Part shown: positions 44,615 to 53,928 of the stretch, in pieces | Numbering within the stretch: the first letter of the stretch is position 1 | Layout of the letters: each line of letters starts with the position of its first letter | NCBI GenBank assembly: GCA_038897215.1 | Contig: JAWAWX010000001.1 | Coordinates: 544,001 to 608,000 of the forward strand | Direction of reading: 5' to 3' | Source of the DNA: Acidilobaceae archaeon | GTDB taxonomy: Archaea > Thermoproteota > Thermoprotei_A > Sulfolobales > Acidilobaceae | Length of the DNA: 64,000 bases | The notes under the pieces: model-generated | Told to the model about the DNA's origin: nothing | Seen by the model: only the letters and a program-made list of their open reading frames with translations | Databases searched by the model: none | Position numbers and translations under genes: made by a program

Positions 44615-45853
44615 TTGAGTAACGTACAGCAACCAGACGTCAATATCGGAGTCGTAGGGCACGTAGACCACGGTAAGACAACTCTAGTTCAGGCGCTTAC
44701 GGGAATCTGGACAATGAGATTTAGTGAAGAGATAAAGAAGGGGATGACGATAAGGCTAGGCTACGCTGATGGAGAGATATGGGAGTGTGAGGAGTGCGAG
44801 TTCCCGTCTAACTACTCTCCAGAGCCTGTCTGCGATTGCAAGCCAGGGTCGAAACCTCGATTGAAGAGGAGAATCTCGTTCATAGACGCTCCGGGTCACG
44901 AGACCCTAATGGCTACCATGCTTTCAGGAGCGGCTCTTATGGATGGAGCCATTCTAGTCATTGCAGCCAACGAGCCTTGTCCTCAGCCTCAGACAAGAGA
45001 GCATCTAGCCGCTCTCACAATACTCGGGATCAAGAACATAGTCGTTGTCCAGAACAAGGTTGACGCCATCACTCCAGACCAGGCTAGGAAGAACTACAAC
45101 GAGATACTAGAGTTCGTAGAGGGAACAGTAGCAGAGTCTTCCCCAATAATCCCGATATCAGCGTTAAAGAAGGCTAACATTGACGCTGTTCTAGCTGCAA
45201 TAGACGAGATCATAAAGCCCCCTGAGAGAGATCTGAGTAGCCCGCCTTTGATGTACGTAGTTAGGAGCTTCGACGTAAACAGACCCGGAACAGCTCCCGA
45301 GAATCTAGTAGGAGGAGTTGTCGGAGGCTCTCTCGTACAGGGAGTTCTTAGAGTAGGCGACGAGATCGAGATAAGGCCGGGAATACTTGCCGAGAAGAAG
45401 GATAAAGTCGAGTACACACCAATCTACACCACCATAACGAGCCTCAGATTCGGCGATATAGAGGTAGAGGAGGCAAGACCAGGAGGTCTTGTAGCTATAG
45501 GAACAAAGCTTGACCCCGTGCTGACGAAATCAGATAGAATGGCCGGCAATGTTCTAGGAAAACCAGACAAACTGCCCCCTGTTCTCGACAAGCTAGTCAT
45601 TAGACACGAGCTTTTCGAAACACTTCCCGGAGCTAGGGAGAAGATTAAGATAGAGGATATTAGGAAAGGAGAGACTCTAGTTCTATCCGTAGGACCTGCT
45701 ATAACCGTAGGGACTGTAGCGACAGCCAGAAAGGAGTACATCGAGGTTAGTGTGAGGAGACCTGTCGTAGCAAGAGAAGGATTCAGGGTAGCTTTAAGCA
45801 GGAGGGTAGCAGGCAGGTGGAGGCTCATAGGCTGGGGGGTCGTAGAGTCGTAG
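44615..45853 (+). CDS. eif2g: Translation initiation factor aIF-2 gamma
   Basis: [22 protein letters not shown] and WRLIGWG. Confidence 0.98.
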   Translation: MSNVQQPDVNIGVVGHVDHGKTTLVQALTGIWTMRFSEEIKKGMTIRLGYADGEIWECEECEFPSNYSPEPVCDCKPGSKPRLKRRISFIDAPGHETLMATMLSGAALMDGAILVIAANEPCPQPQTREHLAALTILGIKNIVVVQNKVDAITPDQARKNYNEILEFVEGTVAESSPIIPISALKKANIDAVLAAIDEIIKPPERDLSSPPLMYVVRSFDVNRPGTAPENLVGGVVGGSLVQGVLRVGDEIEIRPGILAEKKDKVEYTPIYTTITSLRFGDIEVEEARPGGLVAIGTKLDPVLTKSDRMAGNVLGKPDKLPPVLDKLVIRHELFETLPGAREKIKIEDIRKGETLVLSVGPAITVGTVATARKEYIEVSVRRPVVAREGFRVALSRRVAGRWRLIGWGVVES

Positions 45854-46254
45854 TCTTGTTAGTTGACTCAAACATATTCATATACATAGCGGAAGGCCTC
45901 ATACCCTTATCTAGTTTTGCGAAAACACTCGAAGCATCTTACATAATCCTAGTCCCAGATAGAGTGATAGAAGAGCTAGCAAATCTGTCATCGACCGGAA
46001 GTCATTATGAGTCTAAGGTAGCGAAGAAGGCGCTAGAGATAGCCACCAGTATATCCCGAGTAGAGACTACCTCAGCTAGTAGAGCAGACGACGCTATAGT
46101 AGAGCTAGCGGTAAAGATCAAGAGTGAAGGTAAACCGGTAGTAGTAGCCACAGCTGATAGAGAGCTAAGAGCTAGACTTCGAGAAATAGGAGTACCCACT
46201 ATGTATTACAGGAAGAGCAGAGGAGAACTCGAGCTAGAATGGGAGCCTCTCTGA
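45817..46254 (+). CDS. PIN-domain protein (Fcf1/Utp24-like)
   Basis: LVDSN, VIEEL, ADDAI and VATADREL; conserved position after aIF2g. Confidence 0.88.
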   Translation: MEAHRLGGRRVVVLLVDSNIFIYIAEGLIPLSSFAKTLEASYIILVPDRVIEELANLSSTGSHYESKVAKKALEIATSISRVETTSASRADDAIVELAVKIKSEGKPVVVATADRELRARLREIGVPTMYYRKSRGELELEWEPL

Positions 46255-46328
46255 GCATTACCCTAAAAAGCCTTAGACATAGTCAACTTAAACGCTTTAG
46301 GCTCTGGATCTCATAGAAACGGGCTCTA

Positions 46329-46889
46329 GTGTGGTGCTTGAAGTTGTTCGTGCTCTACGAGGTCGAGGAGTGGCTAGGAATAGAGCCTCAGCACGTCTAC
46401 TCTGGAGAAGACCTGAGCAAGGTAGCCTTAGAGATCCTGAGAGATAGACTAGAGGGCATAGCCGACCCCCAGCTTGGAGTCATAATAGCCGTGGTCTCAG
46501 CGGAGATCTCGAGTGAGGGCGTAACGCTACCTCTCCCAGGAGACCCCGATTTCTACTTCAAGGTCAGATACACTGTGCTCGCATACGAGCCTATCCTCAA
46601 CGAAGTCGTGAGAGGAATAGTAAAAGATGTTAGAGAACAAGGCTTAATAATAGACCTAGGGCCTATCGATGGATTCGTGCACAAGAGTCAGATAATAGAC
46701 GAGAATGTAGAACTCCTTCCCGATAAGAGAGGGTTCAGAAGCGAATCAGGGAAGATCATAGAGATAGGCGATATAGTGAGAGCTAGGATCAGCCAGATAG
46801 CCAAGCCTACGCGAAGAACGCCAGCTCTCAGAGTAGGTCTTACGATGAGACAACCGTATTTAGGCAAAGAGGAGTACATTAAGAGATAA
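46329..46889 (+). CDS. rpoE1: RNA polymerase subunit E' (Rpo7)
   Basis: EVVRG...LGPIDGFVHKSQI...GLTMRQPYLGK. Confidence 0.95.
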   Translation: MWCLKLFVLYEVEEWLGIEPQHVYSGEDLSKVALEILRDRLEGIADPQLGVIIAVVSAEISSEGVTLPLPGDPDFYFKVRYTVLAYEPILNEVVRGIVKDVREQGLIIDLGPIDGFVHKSQIIDENVELLPDKRGFRSESGKIIEIGDIVRARISQIAKPTRRTPALRVGLTMRQPYLGKEEYIKR

Positions 46890-46903
46890 GAGGTGAGTTT
46901 CAC

Positions 46904-47152
46904 TTGAAGCCTAGAAGAGTTCCCACGAAAAAGCCGGCTTTGAAGGCTTGTAGAGCGTGCGGGACTCTGAACCCTAGAGACTCCACTAATTGCTCTTCCT
47001 GCGGGTCAACACAGTTCTCCGATGAGTGGAGCGGATTGATCATAGTATTCGATCCAAGCACTAGCCTCTTAGCCAGAAGCGCTGAGATAACGGAGCCCGT
47101 GATAAAGGCTGTACGCGTAGCTGGCAAGATAGTGGTGAAGATGAGAGAGTAG
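46904..47152 (+). CDS. spt4: Transcription elongation factor Spt4 (RpoE'')
   Basis: KACRAC...CSSCGS..FSDEWSGLII. Confidence 0.93.
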   Translation: MKPRRVPTKKPALKACRACGTLNPRDSTNCSSCGSTQFSDEWSGLIIVFDPSTSLLARSAEITEPVIKAVRVAGKIVVKMRE

Positions 47153-47158
47153 CTGGTC

Positions 47159-47725
47159 ATGTACGTCTCGGCTTTCAGGCTACCTGAGAAGCTCCGAAAA
47201 GACTACGCCGTAAGCCTGGGTCCTGTAACTCCTTCTCTCGAAGAGATTCTCTCTAACTTCGAGACTAGTGGCCTAATCTGTGTAGGCGATGTAGTCTCAA
47301 GTACTTGCATTAAATCGTCTTCAAAGAGAAGAATAGAGAACATAGTTGTACTTTACGATAGAAGAACTATGAGAAAGCCGCTAGCACTAATGAATTCTAG
47401 CATAGAGCAACTACAGCTAAGGATTGAAAGAGTTGAGAATCCTTCGAGCTACGTTACTACGAGAGCGATCGAGACTCTCTGCAGACTTCTGGAGGAAGCG
47501 TGCTCCACTCGCAACACTAGGCTAGCCTTAGAGGTAGATGGAGAGGAGGACCTTCTAGCTCTAGTCGCTCTAGAGTGTGGACCACGAGATTGGACTGTAG
47601 TCTATGGAATGCCGGGAAGAGGAGCTGTTGTGGTTCCACTAACACCTCTCCTTAAGAGCATAATACAGAACCGCGTCCTACAACTAAAGCCTGAACTAGC
47701 CCCGCTAAGGAACTCGAAAACTTAA
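47159..47725 (+). CDS. DUF359 GTP-dependent dephospho-CoA kinase
   Basis: VGDVVS, ENPS, DGEEDLLAL and YGMPGRG. Confidence 0.88.
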   Translation: MYVSAFRLPEKLRKDYAVSLGPVTPSLEEILSNFETSGLICVGDVVSSTCIKSSSKRRIENIVVLYDRRTMRKPLALMNSSIEQLQLRIERVENPSSYVTTRAIETLCRLLEEACSTRNTRLALEVDGEEDLLALVALECGPRDWTVVYGMPGRGAVVVPLTPLLKSIIQNRVLQLKPELAPLRNSKT

Positions 47726-47760
47726 AAAGGAGGGAGATTAAGGCGAGAAGAGGGGTTGAA

Positions 47761-48096
47761 TTGAGTCTTAGCACTAGAGTCTCTAGGAGAGACATAGTTA
47801 TCGGAGGGGGGAGAGCTGAGATTAGGAGAGAGAAGTACAATCCTCTCGTGGGGCGCATCGAGCTAGAGGTAGAGATAGAGCATTTACTAAAACCTACCCC
47901 CTCTCGCGTAGATGTTAGAAGAGCGATAGCGGAAGCTTACGGGGTAGACTTGGAGAGAGTGTATGTGCGAAGCCTTAACACGGAGTATGGGGTAGGCGTG
48001 ACGAGAGCCGTTATCCACATATACGATAGCGTTGAGAGAGCGAAGAGTTTCGAGCCAGAGTATGTGATTAAAAGAAATGAGGGAGAGAGCTCCTAG
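47761..48096 (+). CDS. rps24e: 30S ribosomal protein S24e
   Basis: YNPLVGRIE, TPSR, TEYG and EPEYVIKRN. Confidence 0.95.
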   Translation: MSLSTRVSRRDIVIGGGRAEIRREKYNPLVGRIELEVEIEHLLKPTPSRVDVRRAIAEAYGVDLERVYVRSLNTEYGVGVTRAVIHIYDSVERAKSFEPEYVIKRNEGESS

Positions 48097-48108
48097 AGGT
48101 GAACCCTA

Positions 48109-48345
48109 ATGAGTTCTTCTAGCAAGAAGAAGGAGCTGAAGACATACATACACAAACTCTATGTAATCGACCAGTCCACGGGAACCGTGAAACTAAAGAA
48201 CAAGAAGTGCCCTCGTTGCGGTAGCATAATGGCTCACCACAAACAACCAGTGGAGAGATGGCATTGCGGAAAGTGTAGCTACACGGAATTCGTGAGCGCT
48301 AAGCCCACAGCGCCCCCGGCTCCCGCTAAGGGAAGAAAGAAGTGA
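48109..48345 (+). CDS. rps27ae: 30S ribosomal protein S27ae
   Basis: CPRCGSIMAHH...RWHCGKC. Confidence 0.96.
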   Translation: MSSSSKKKELKTYIHKLYVIDQSTGTVKLKNKKCPRCGSIMAHHKQPVERWHCGKCSYTEFVSAKPTAPPAPAKGRKK

Positions 48346-49376
48346 TAGTGCTCGGCATAGAGTCTACAGCGCATACATTCGGAGTCAGTGTAGTCTCCGA
48401 GGACCCTCCCTTTATCTTATCTGATATTCGTAGATTCTATGCTACCAAGAGTGGCGGAATCCTGCCGAGAGAAGCCTCGTCTTTCTTCTCGAAGATAGCC
48501 GGGGAGGCTGTGAGAGAAGCCGTGGAGAAGGCCGGGGTTAGCGTTAGAGAGATAGACGCGATAGCTGTAGCCCTAGGGCCGGGGATGGGTCCTCAGCTCA
48601 GAGTAGGAGCTAGCGTGGCTAGAGCTCTCGCCTCCTACTATTCTAAGCCCCTAGTTCCTGTAAACCACGCGGTAGCCCACTTAGAGATAGCGAGATTCAC
48701 GACTGGCTTACTGGACCCGATAGCTCTCTATGTAGCTGGAGGCAATACCGCTGTTGTCTCCTACGTCGCTGGCAGATATAGAGTCTTCGGTGAAACTCTA
48801 GATATAGCTCTAGGAAACCTTCTAGACACCTTCGCTAGAGAAGCTGGACTAGCACCGCCCTACGTTATAGGAGGAGAGCATGTTGTTGACGCGTACGCCA
48901 GAGGAGGAAGCTATCTGAAGAATCTATTTCCCTACGTAGTGAAAGGACAGGATGTCTCCTTCTCCGGACTCCTAACAGCTGCTCTGAAAGCATTGAAAGC
49001 AGGCTTCAGGATAGAGGATGTATGCTATACTCTGAGAGAGATAGCCTACTCATCCGTAGTAGAGGTCTTAGAGAGAGGCCTAGCTCACACAGAGAAGAGA
49101 GAGGTAACGATCACCGGGGGTGTAGCAGCAAGCAAGGTCCTAGTCGAGAAGGTGAGAGCAATGGCTGAGCTTCACGGAGCCGAGTTTAAGCCCGTGGAGG
49201 CGCGATATGCTGGAGATAATGCAGCAATGATAGCGCTAACGGGACTCTTTGCTTTCAAGAGCGGGCTGTACATGAGAGACGTCAAGAACGCTCACATAAG
49301 GCAACGATGGAGGCTTGACGATGTAGACGTACCGTGGTATTACAGCCTTCCAGCAGCGATAATCGCGAGGCGGTAG
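48342..49376 (+). CDS. kae1: KEOPS t6A synthase Kae1
   Basis: LGIESTAHT, HAVAH, GETLDIALGN and DNAAMIA. Confidence 0.97.
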   Translation: MIVLGIESTAHTFGVSVVSEDPPFILSDIRRFYATKSGGILPREASSFFSKIAGEAVREAVEKAGVSVREIDAIAVALGPGMGPQLRVGASVARALASYYSKPLVPVNHAVAHLEIARFTTGLLDPIALYVAGGNTAVVSYVAGRYRVFGETLDIALGNLLDTFAREAGLAPPYVIGGEHVVDAYARGGSYLKNLFPYVVKGQDVSFSGLLTAALKALKAGFRIEDVCYTLREIAYSSVVEVLERGLAHTEKREVTITGGVAASKVLVEKVRAMAELHGAEFKPVEARYAGDNAAMIALTGLFAFKSGLYMRDVKNAHIRQRWRLDDVDVPWYYSLPAAIIARR

Positions 49377-49379
49377 GCT

Positions 49380-50072
49380 GTGCTAGAGTGCTTTGAGAGC
49401 TGGGTTAGGACTCTTCCTCTGCTCAAACGCGGAGCAGAATCTGAGATAAGAGTAGGAGACTTTGCGGGCATCAAGGCCGTCTTCAAGATCAGATTCAGGA
49501 AAAACTACATGGACCCCCTTCTAGCTAATGAGCTAATAAGCAAGAGGACTAGAAAAGAGGCGAAGGTGATAGCGTACGCTAGAAGCAAAGGCGTGCCAGC
49601 TCCATCGCTTTTAGCTGTATTCCCTAGCGTAGGAGTCATAGTCCTCGAGTACATAGAGGGAGTTAAGCTGAAGGATTTGATCGACGTGAGCCTCGAAGAG
49701 TCTTCACTCCACATGTTTGAAGCCGGTAGAATACTAGGCAGGCTACACTCAATCGGTGTAGCTCACGGCGATCCAACCACATCTAACCTGATAGTCTCTA
49801 AGCGGGATAACTCTCTCAAAATAATAGACTTCGGGCTCTCAGAGTTTACTAAAGACGTAGAAGACCTAGCTGTAGACATTCACCTCTTTAGGAGGGCTTT
49901 AGAGAGCACTCACGCTCTCTACGCGAAGAAGCTGATCGCTGCGTTTGAGGACGGGTATAGGGATGCCTTTGGAGTAGAAGCAGAGAAGATGTTAGCAAGA
50001 GCTGATGACATACGACGGAGAGGAAGATACGTGGAGGAGAGGAGAAGAGCTGTTTGGAGAATCCCGAGGTAG
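49380..50072 (+). CDS. bud32: KEOPS kinase Bud32
   Basis: GAES, HGDPTTSN, IIDFGL and RRRGRY. Confidence 0.95.
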   Translation: MLECFESWVRTLPLLKRGAESEIRVGDFAGIKAVFKIRFRKNYMDPLLANELISKRTRKEAKVIAYARSKGVPAPSLLAVFPSVGVIVLEYIEGVKLKDLIDVSLEESSLHMFEAGRILGRLHSIGVAHGDPTTSNLIVSKRDNSLKIIDFGLSEFTKDVEDLAVDIHLFRRALESTHALYAKKLIAAFEDGYRDAFGVEAEKMLARADDIRRRGRYVEERRRAVWRIPR

Positions 50073-50078
50073 AGAGCT

Positions 50079-50660
50079 TTGAGAACCGGAGCGCTCTCCC
50101 TCAAGCCTAGAATCTACGTGGTTACAGCTAACCCGCAGAAGGGAGCAGAAGCCGTGGCTATACTGAGAGCTGAAGGCATAGAGTCAGATATCATAATCGA
50201 TAGAAAGCTAGAAGTTCAAAGCTCGAGTCTGGAAGAGGTGGCGTTAAAAGCAGCTAGGCTAGCCTACGCTAAACACAAAGTCCCCGTAGCCGTAGACGAC
50301 TCTGGTCTCTTCATAGACGCTCTAGGAGGATTCCCTGGCGTCTATAGTAGCTACGTCTACGAGACTATAGGGATTAGGGGGGTTTTGAAGCTTCTCGAGA
50401 ACGTGCCTCAAAGGAGAGCCTGTTTCAGAACCGTCGTCGCTGCCATAGTGCCGCCTCTCGAGATCATCGAAAAGGGCGAAGTATGCGGGGAGATATCAGT
50501 AGAGCCGAGAGGAGAGAGAGGCTTCGGCTTTGACCCTATATTCGTGCCTCAAGGGTATACTAGGACTTTTGCTGAGATGAGCTTCGAGGAGAAGAACGCG
50601 ATATCTCATAGAGGTAGAGCTTTCAGAGCTCTAGCTGAGAGATTAAGGAGAGCAGTGTGA
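50079..50660 (+). CDS. rdgB: Non-canonical purine NTP pyrophosphatase
   Basis: DDSGL, GFPGVYS, GFGFDPIF and KNAISHR. Confidence 0.95.
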   Translation: MRTGALSLKPRIYVVTANPQKGAEAVAILRAEGIESDIIIDRKLEVQSSSLEEVALKAARLAYAKHKVPVAVDDSGLFIDALGGFPGVYSSYVYETIGIRGVLKLLENVPQRRACFRTVVAAIVPPLEIIEKGEVCGEISVEPRGERGFGFDPIFVPQGYTRTFAEMSFEEKNAISHRGRAFRALAERLRRAV

Positions 50661-50661
50661 G

Positions 50662-50728
50662 AGCGTCAGCCCTCACACGGCTCTTCACGGGCTCAGATGA
50701 GCCTCGTTCCGGAGTCGGTCTTCATCCA
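50662..50728 (-). ncRNA. Candidate C/D box sRNA overlapping the polB stop codon
   Basis: Minus strand ATGAAGA (50725-19), CTGA (50696-93), TGAAGA (50687-82), CTGA (50669-66); the first spacer is long (22 nt). Confidence 0.65.
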
Positions 50729-53535
50729 CTATAGTTCTCTCCTAGGAGCTTGCTTAAGCTTTTATGCCCTACTATCTCCTCCCAAGTGAGGCCTAGCGCT
50801 AAGAGCACCTGCTCTAAAGCTGTCTTAGCGTGCTCCAAGTACTTGCTCGTGTCTATATCGCTCAGCTTAGCTAACTGGACTGGCTTGACGCCCACAGAAT
50901 CTCTAGTCTTCACGTACGAGATCACGTCACCTCTAGAAACGCTTATGTTCTCGTAGAGCAGGAGCTTCGCTGCTTTCACGTGCTGAGGCGTTGTTTTCTT
51001 GTACTCGTCTAGATCTTTCGACAACATGACTCTTATAGCTAGCTCTTCTAGAGTATAGCCTTTGTTCTTCACCCTCCTATATATCTCTTTGACTTTCTCC
51101 GATATGGTGTCGATCGCTTTCAAGAGAGACTCGACGTTCTCTACGTTCCTCAGAATCTCCACGACTTCAGAGAACTCTCTCTTGATGAACTCTGGGGTAT
51201 TGCTCTTCTTGCCCACCATTCCTTTAATCACGACCTCTCTACTCTCCGTTATCCCAATGTAGTTCTTCTTCAGACCGCTGAAGAGAGCTACTTTGAACAG
51301 CTTATCGATCTCTAAGTCTAGCCCGTACTTCTCCTCGACGTAGGAGATCAGCTTCTTTAACGAGTCCTGATTAGGAGACCATAGGAAGAGGCTGTCTGTG
51401 TCTCCGTAGAGTATTATGAGTGATAGCTCTTCAGCTTTCTTGAGAGTATCTAGCATGACCGCTCTGCCTATAGCCGTGACGCTCTCAGCTAGGCTGAGGC
51501 TGAAGAACGGGAACTGCTCATTCCCGAATACTCCGTAGCTCGCGTTGATGAGAACTTTGAGAGCAGCCTGGACTACGTCGTACCACGCTCTCTGCTCTGG
51601 AGAGAGCTCCGGGTCTTTCGCTAGCTTCTTGAAAACGTGGACTCTCAGATCTCTCATTAAGCCTACTAGCTCGCTCGTCACTCCTCTGAAATCCACGCAG
51701 ACTCTATGCTCTACCTCTGGCACCTCCCTGTAGTCCTTGCAGTAGGGGTTGTTCACAGTCTCATAACTTAGATTCCAGTTCCTTATGATGGAGGGATATA
51801 GGCTGGCGAAGTCTAGAACCAAGACTTTGAAGAAGACTCCTCTTGGAGGCTCTAGCACGATAGCTCCTCTATACTTCTTCTCCTTGATCACCGCTCTACT
51901 TCGAGCCTCGCTAAAGCTAGCTATCTCGCTCTTATCCGGAATTAGCCATCCTCTTCTTCTATGCTCCCAGTTCATCAGACTCCTGATCCAAGTCGATACC
52001 TGATGTCTTGTTAGGTCTTCTACACCCAGCTTTGTGATACGTGCGAGTAGAATAACCAAGTTCCAGACTAGATTCGAGTCGTATGTAGTCAGCTTTAGAG
52101 TTAGCTCGGCATCTCGAAGGTTGTAGGAGGCTAGCTTGTCTAGAGGAACTCTGGAGACCACGTCGCCTAGCTTCATCTTGGCTTCTCCTAGGAGAGCCTC
52201 TGCTATAGCGTCTAGAGTCTGCTCTCTGTACTTGTTGCCGAAGGCGTATGCTTTGAGAGCCTTTATGCTGAATAGCTTGTGGAGGTCTATGTGTATAGAG
52301 TGTCTAAACGTGACTCTATCCTCGTGGAACTCCAACGGTATAGAGTTCGGGTTCACTCCAAGCAACACAAGCCTGTTGTAGAGATATACTAGGTCGAAGT
52401 TATCTCCATTGAATGTAAGCACTACCGGATATCTCTCTAGCTCCTCAAAGACAGCTAGGATCAAGGCTTTCTCGCTATCATACACCTCTACTACAACATC
52501 TTCAGGGAGTTCGTTCTCAAAAACCGAGCCCTCTCTAAGTAAGAGGAATACCTTCCGTCTACCCTTAGAGTCAACGAGAGCAACACTGATTACGGGATAG
52601 AGAGCGTTATTAGGGTCGGGGACTCTTCCCTCGGCTGGAGTGTAGACCTCAACGTCTAGAGACACTCTGAGAGCGTCAGGAGGCTCCTCTAGAAACATTG
52701 AAACCCAGTCTTCGACTAAGCGCGGGTCGACCTCGGTTTTTATAGAGCTAGCTAGCTTCATGGCTTTCTCCGAGGCTAGAGCTCTCGAAGCTATACCCGT
52801 TGAACTCTTGACTCTAGCAATAGACTTCTCGGCAACGTGTCTCGCACCGGGTACTATGAGGTTATCGAAAATGTAGTTGTTATGATATCTTATATCGGCT
52901 TCCCATACTTGAAACCCCTTGCTCCTCACTTTCTCTCTAAGTTTTCTCACAGCTAGAGGGTCTCTCGTAATCACCTTAGTCAGCTTCAGCGTCTCTCTTC
53001 TTATCGGGTGGAATTTGGAGACTAAGTCGAACTGCATTACCGAAGAATCTGTCTCCGAGTCTACGCCTATAGAGGCTAAGTCTTCCGGAGAGGCGTTGGT
53101 GAGAAAGTACGGCCTGTGGTCTGTTCTATCTACCCAGCGTGCTAGCTCGCCTGAGTCTGTTAGGATGAAGACTACGGCCTTCCCCAATCTTCCATCATAT
53201 CTAACGTCGAGAACATAGCCTGAAGCTTCTCTCACTAGGTTATAGGACTCCTTTAGAATACCCTTATCGAAGACTCCTTCTCGAGCCTCCCCGCTTTCCT
53301 CGCGCTTCTCAAAGCTATTCACGCTCCTAATCTCCTCTTTGAGAGATGATAGAAGACTAGCTAAACCATAGGAGTCTAAGTCCTCTCCTCTCTTCTCCCC
53401 TCCTATCCTTTCGGCAACAGAGTCTACACGAGACTCTCGCGGGCTCTCTTCAACACCCTCCTCCCAGCGGATATAGTCGTCTAGAGTACCTCTCCCCCTT
53501 CTAGACAAGCCGCTCTCACGTCTTCTGCTAGACAA
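50722..53535 (-). CDS. polB1: Family B DNA polymerase (PolB1)
   Basis: DVEV, FNGDNFD, DFASLYPS, KVLINASYG and YGDTDS; charged N-terminal extension. Confidence 0.96.
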   Translation of the reverse strand: MSSRRRESGLSRRGRGTLDDYIRWEEGVEESPRESRVDSVAERIGGEKRGEDLDSYGLASLLSSLKEEIRSVNSFEKREESGEAREGVFDKGILKESYNLVREASGYVLDVRYDGRLGKAVVFILTDSGELARWVDRTDHRPYFLTNASPEDLASIGVDSETDSSVMQFDLVSKFHPIRRETLKLTKVITRDPLAVRKLREKVRSKGFQVWEADIRYHNNYIFDNLIVPGARHVAEKSIARVKSSTGIASRALASEKAMKLASSIKTEVDPRLVEDWVSMFLEEPPDALRVSLDVEVYTPAEGRVPDPNNALYPVISVALVDSKGRRKVFLLLREGSVFENELPEDVVVEVYDSEKALILAVFEELERYPVVLTFNGDNFDLVYLYNRLVLLGVNPNSIPLEFHEDRVTFRHSIHIDLHKLFSIKALKAYAFGNKYREQTLDAIAEALLGEAKMKLGDVVSRVPLDKLASYNLRDAELTLKLTTYDSNLVWNLVILLARITKLGVEDLTRHQVSTWIRSLMNWEHRRRGWLIPDKSEIASFSEARSRAVIKEKKYRGAIVLEPPRGVFFKVLVLDFASLYPSIIRNWNLSYETVNNPYCKDYREVPEVEHRVCVDFRGVTSELVGLMRDLRVHVFKKLAKDPELSPEQRAWYDVVQAALKVLINASYGVFGNEQFPFFSLSLAESVTAIGRAVMLDTLKKAEELSLIILYGDTDSLFLWSPNQDSLKKLISYVEEKYGLDLEIDKLFKVALFSGLKKNYIGITESREVVIKGMVGKKSNTPEFIKREFSEVVEILRNVENVESLLKAIDTISEKVKEIYRRVKNKGYTLEELAIRVMLSKDLDEYKKTTPQHVKAAKLLLYENISVSRGDVISYVKTRDSVGVKPVQLAKLSDIDTSKYLEHAKTALEQVLLALGLTWEEIVGHKSLSKLLGENYSG

Positions 53536-53745
53536 GCTAGCCCCGAGGAGGAGGCTAAGGAAAGTAGCCTAAAAGGTTGACAGGAACTCGCAAGCTATCC
53601 TCTAGAATAGCTGACTCGAGCCTGGTACGCGATAAGGTAGAGTCAATCATCCCTTGTCTCTCGAATACTCGGCTCTAAACATGTAGCGAGTAGAGTAGAG
53701 AGGGAAAAAGTCTCGCCTATCTAATAGTCCTAGGGGCGAACGGCT

Positions 53746-53916
53746 TTGGCTCTGGATAAGAGAAGAGTTCTCAAAGGGCTAGATGAGAGTTTGCTAGCAA
53801 CGCTTGAAGAGGAGGTGCTTGAGTACGAGGAAGAGGTGTATATACTCGTTGCTAGCATCGCTAGAAGGCTGTCAAGAAGGATAAAGAAATGTTTGAGGGG
53901 AAGGGGGAGGAGTTAG
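53746..53916 (+). CDS. Small hypothetical protein (56 aa, below ORF-track cutoff)
   Basis: TTG start; MALDKRRVLKGLDESLLATLEEEVLEYEEEVYILVASIARRLSRRIKKCLRGRGRS; purine-rich coding-like composition. Confidence 0.45.
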   Translation: MALDKRRVLKGLDESLLATLEEEVLEYEEEVYILVASIARRLSRRIKKCLRGRGRS

Positions 53917-53928
53917 GTTCGCTATCTT

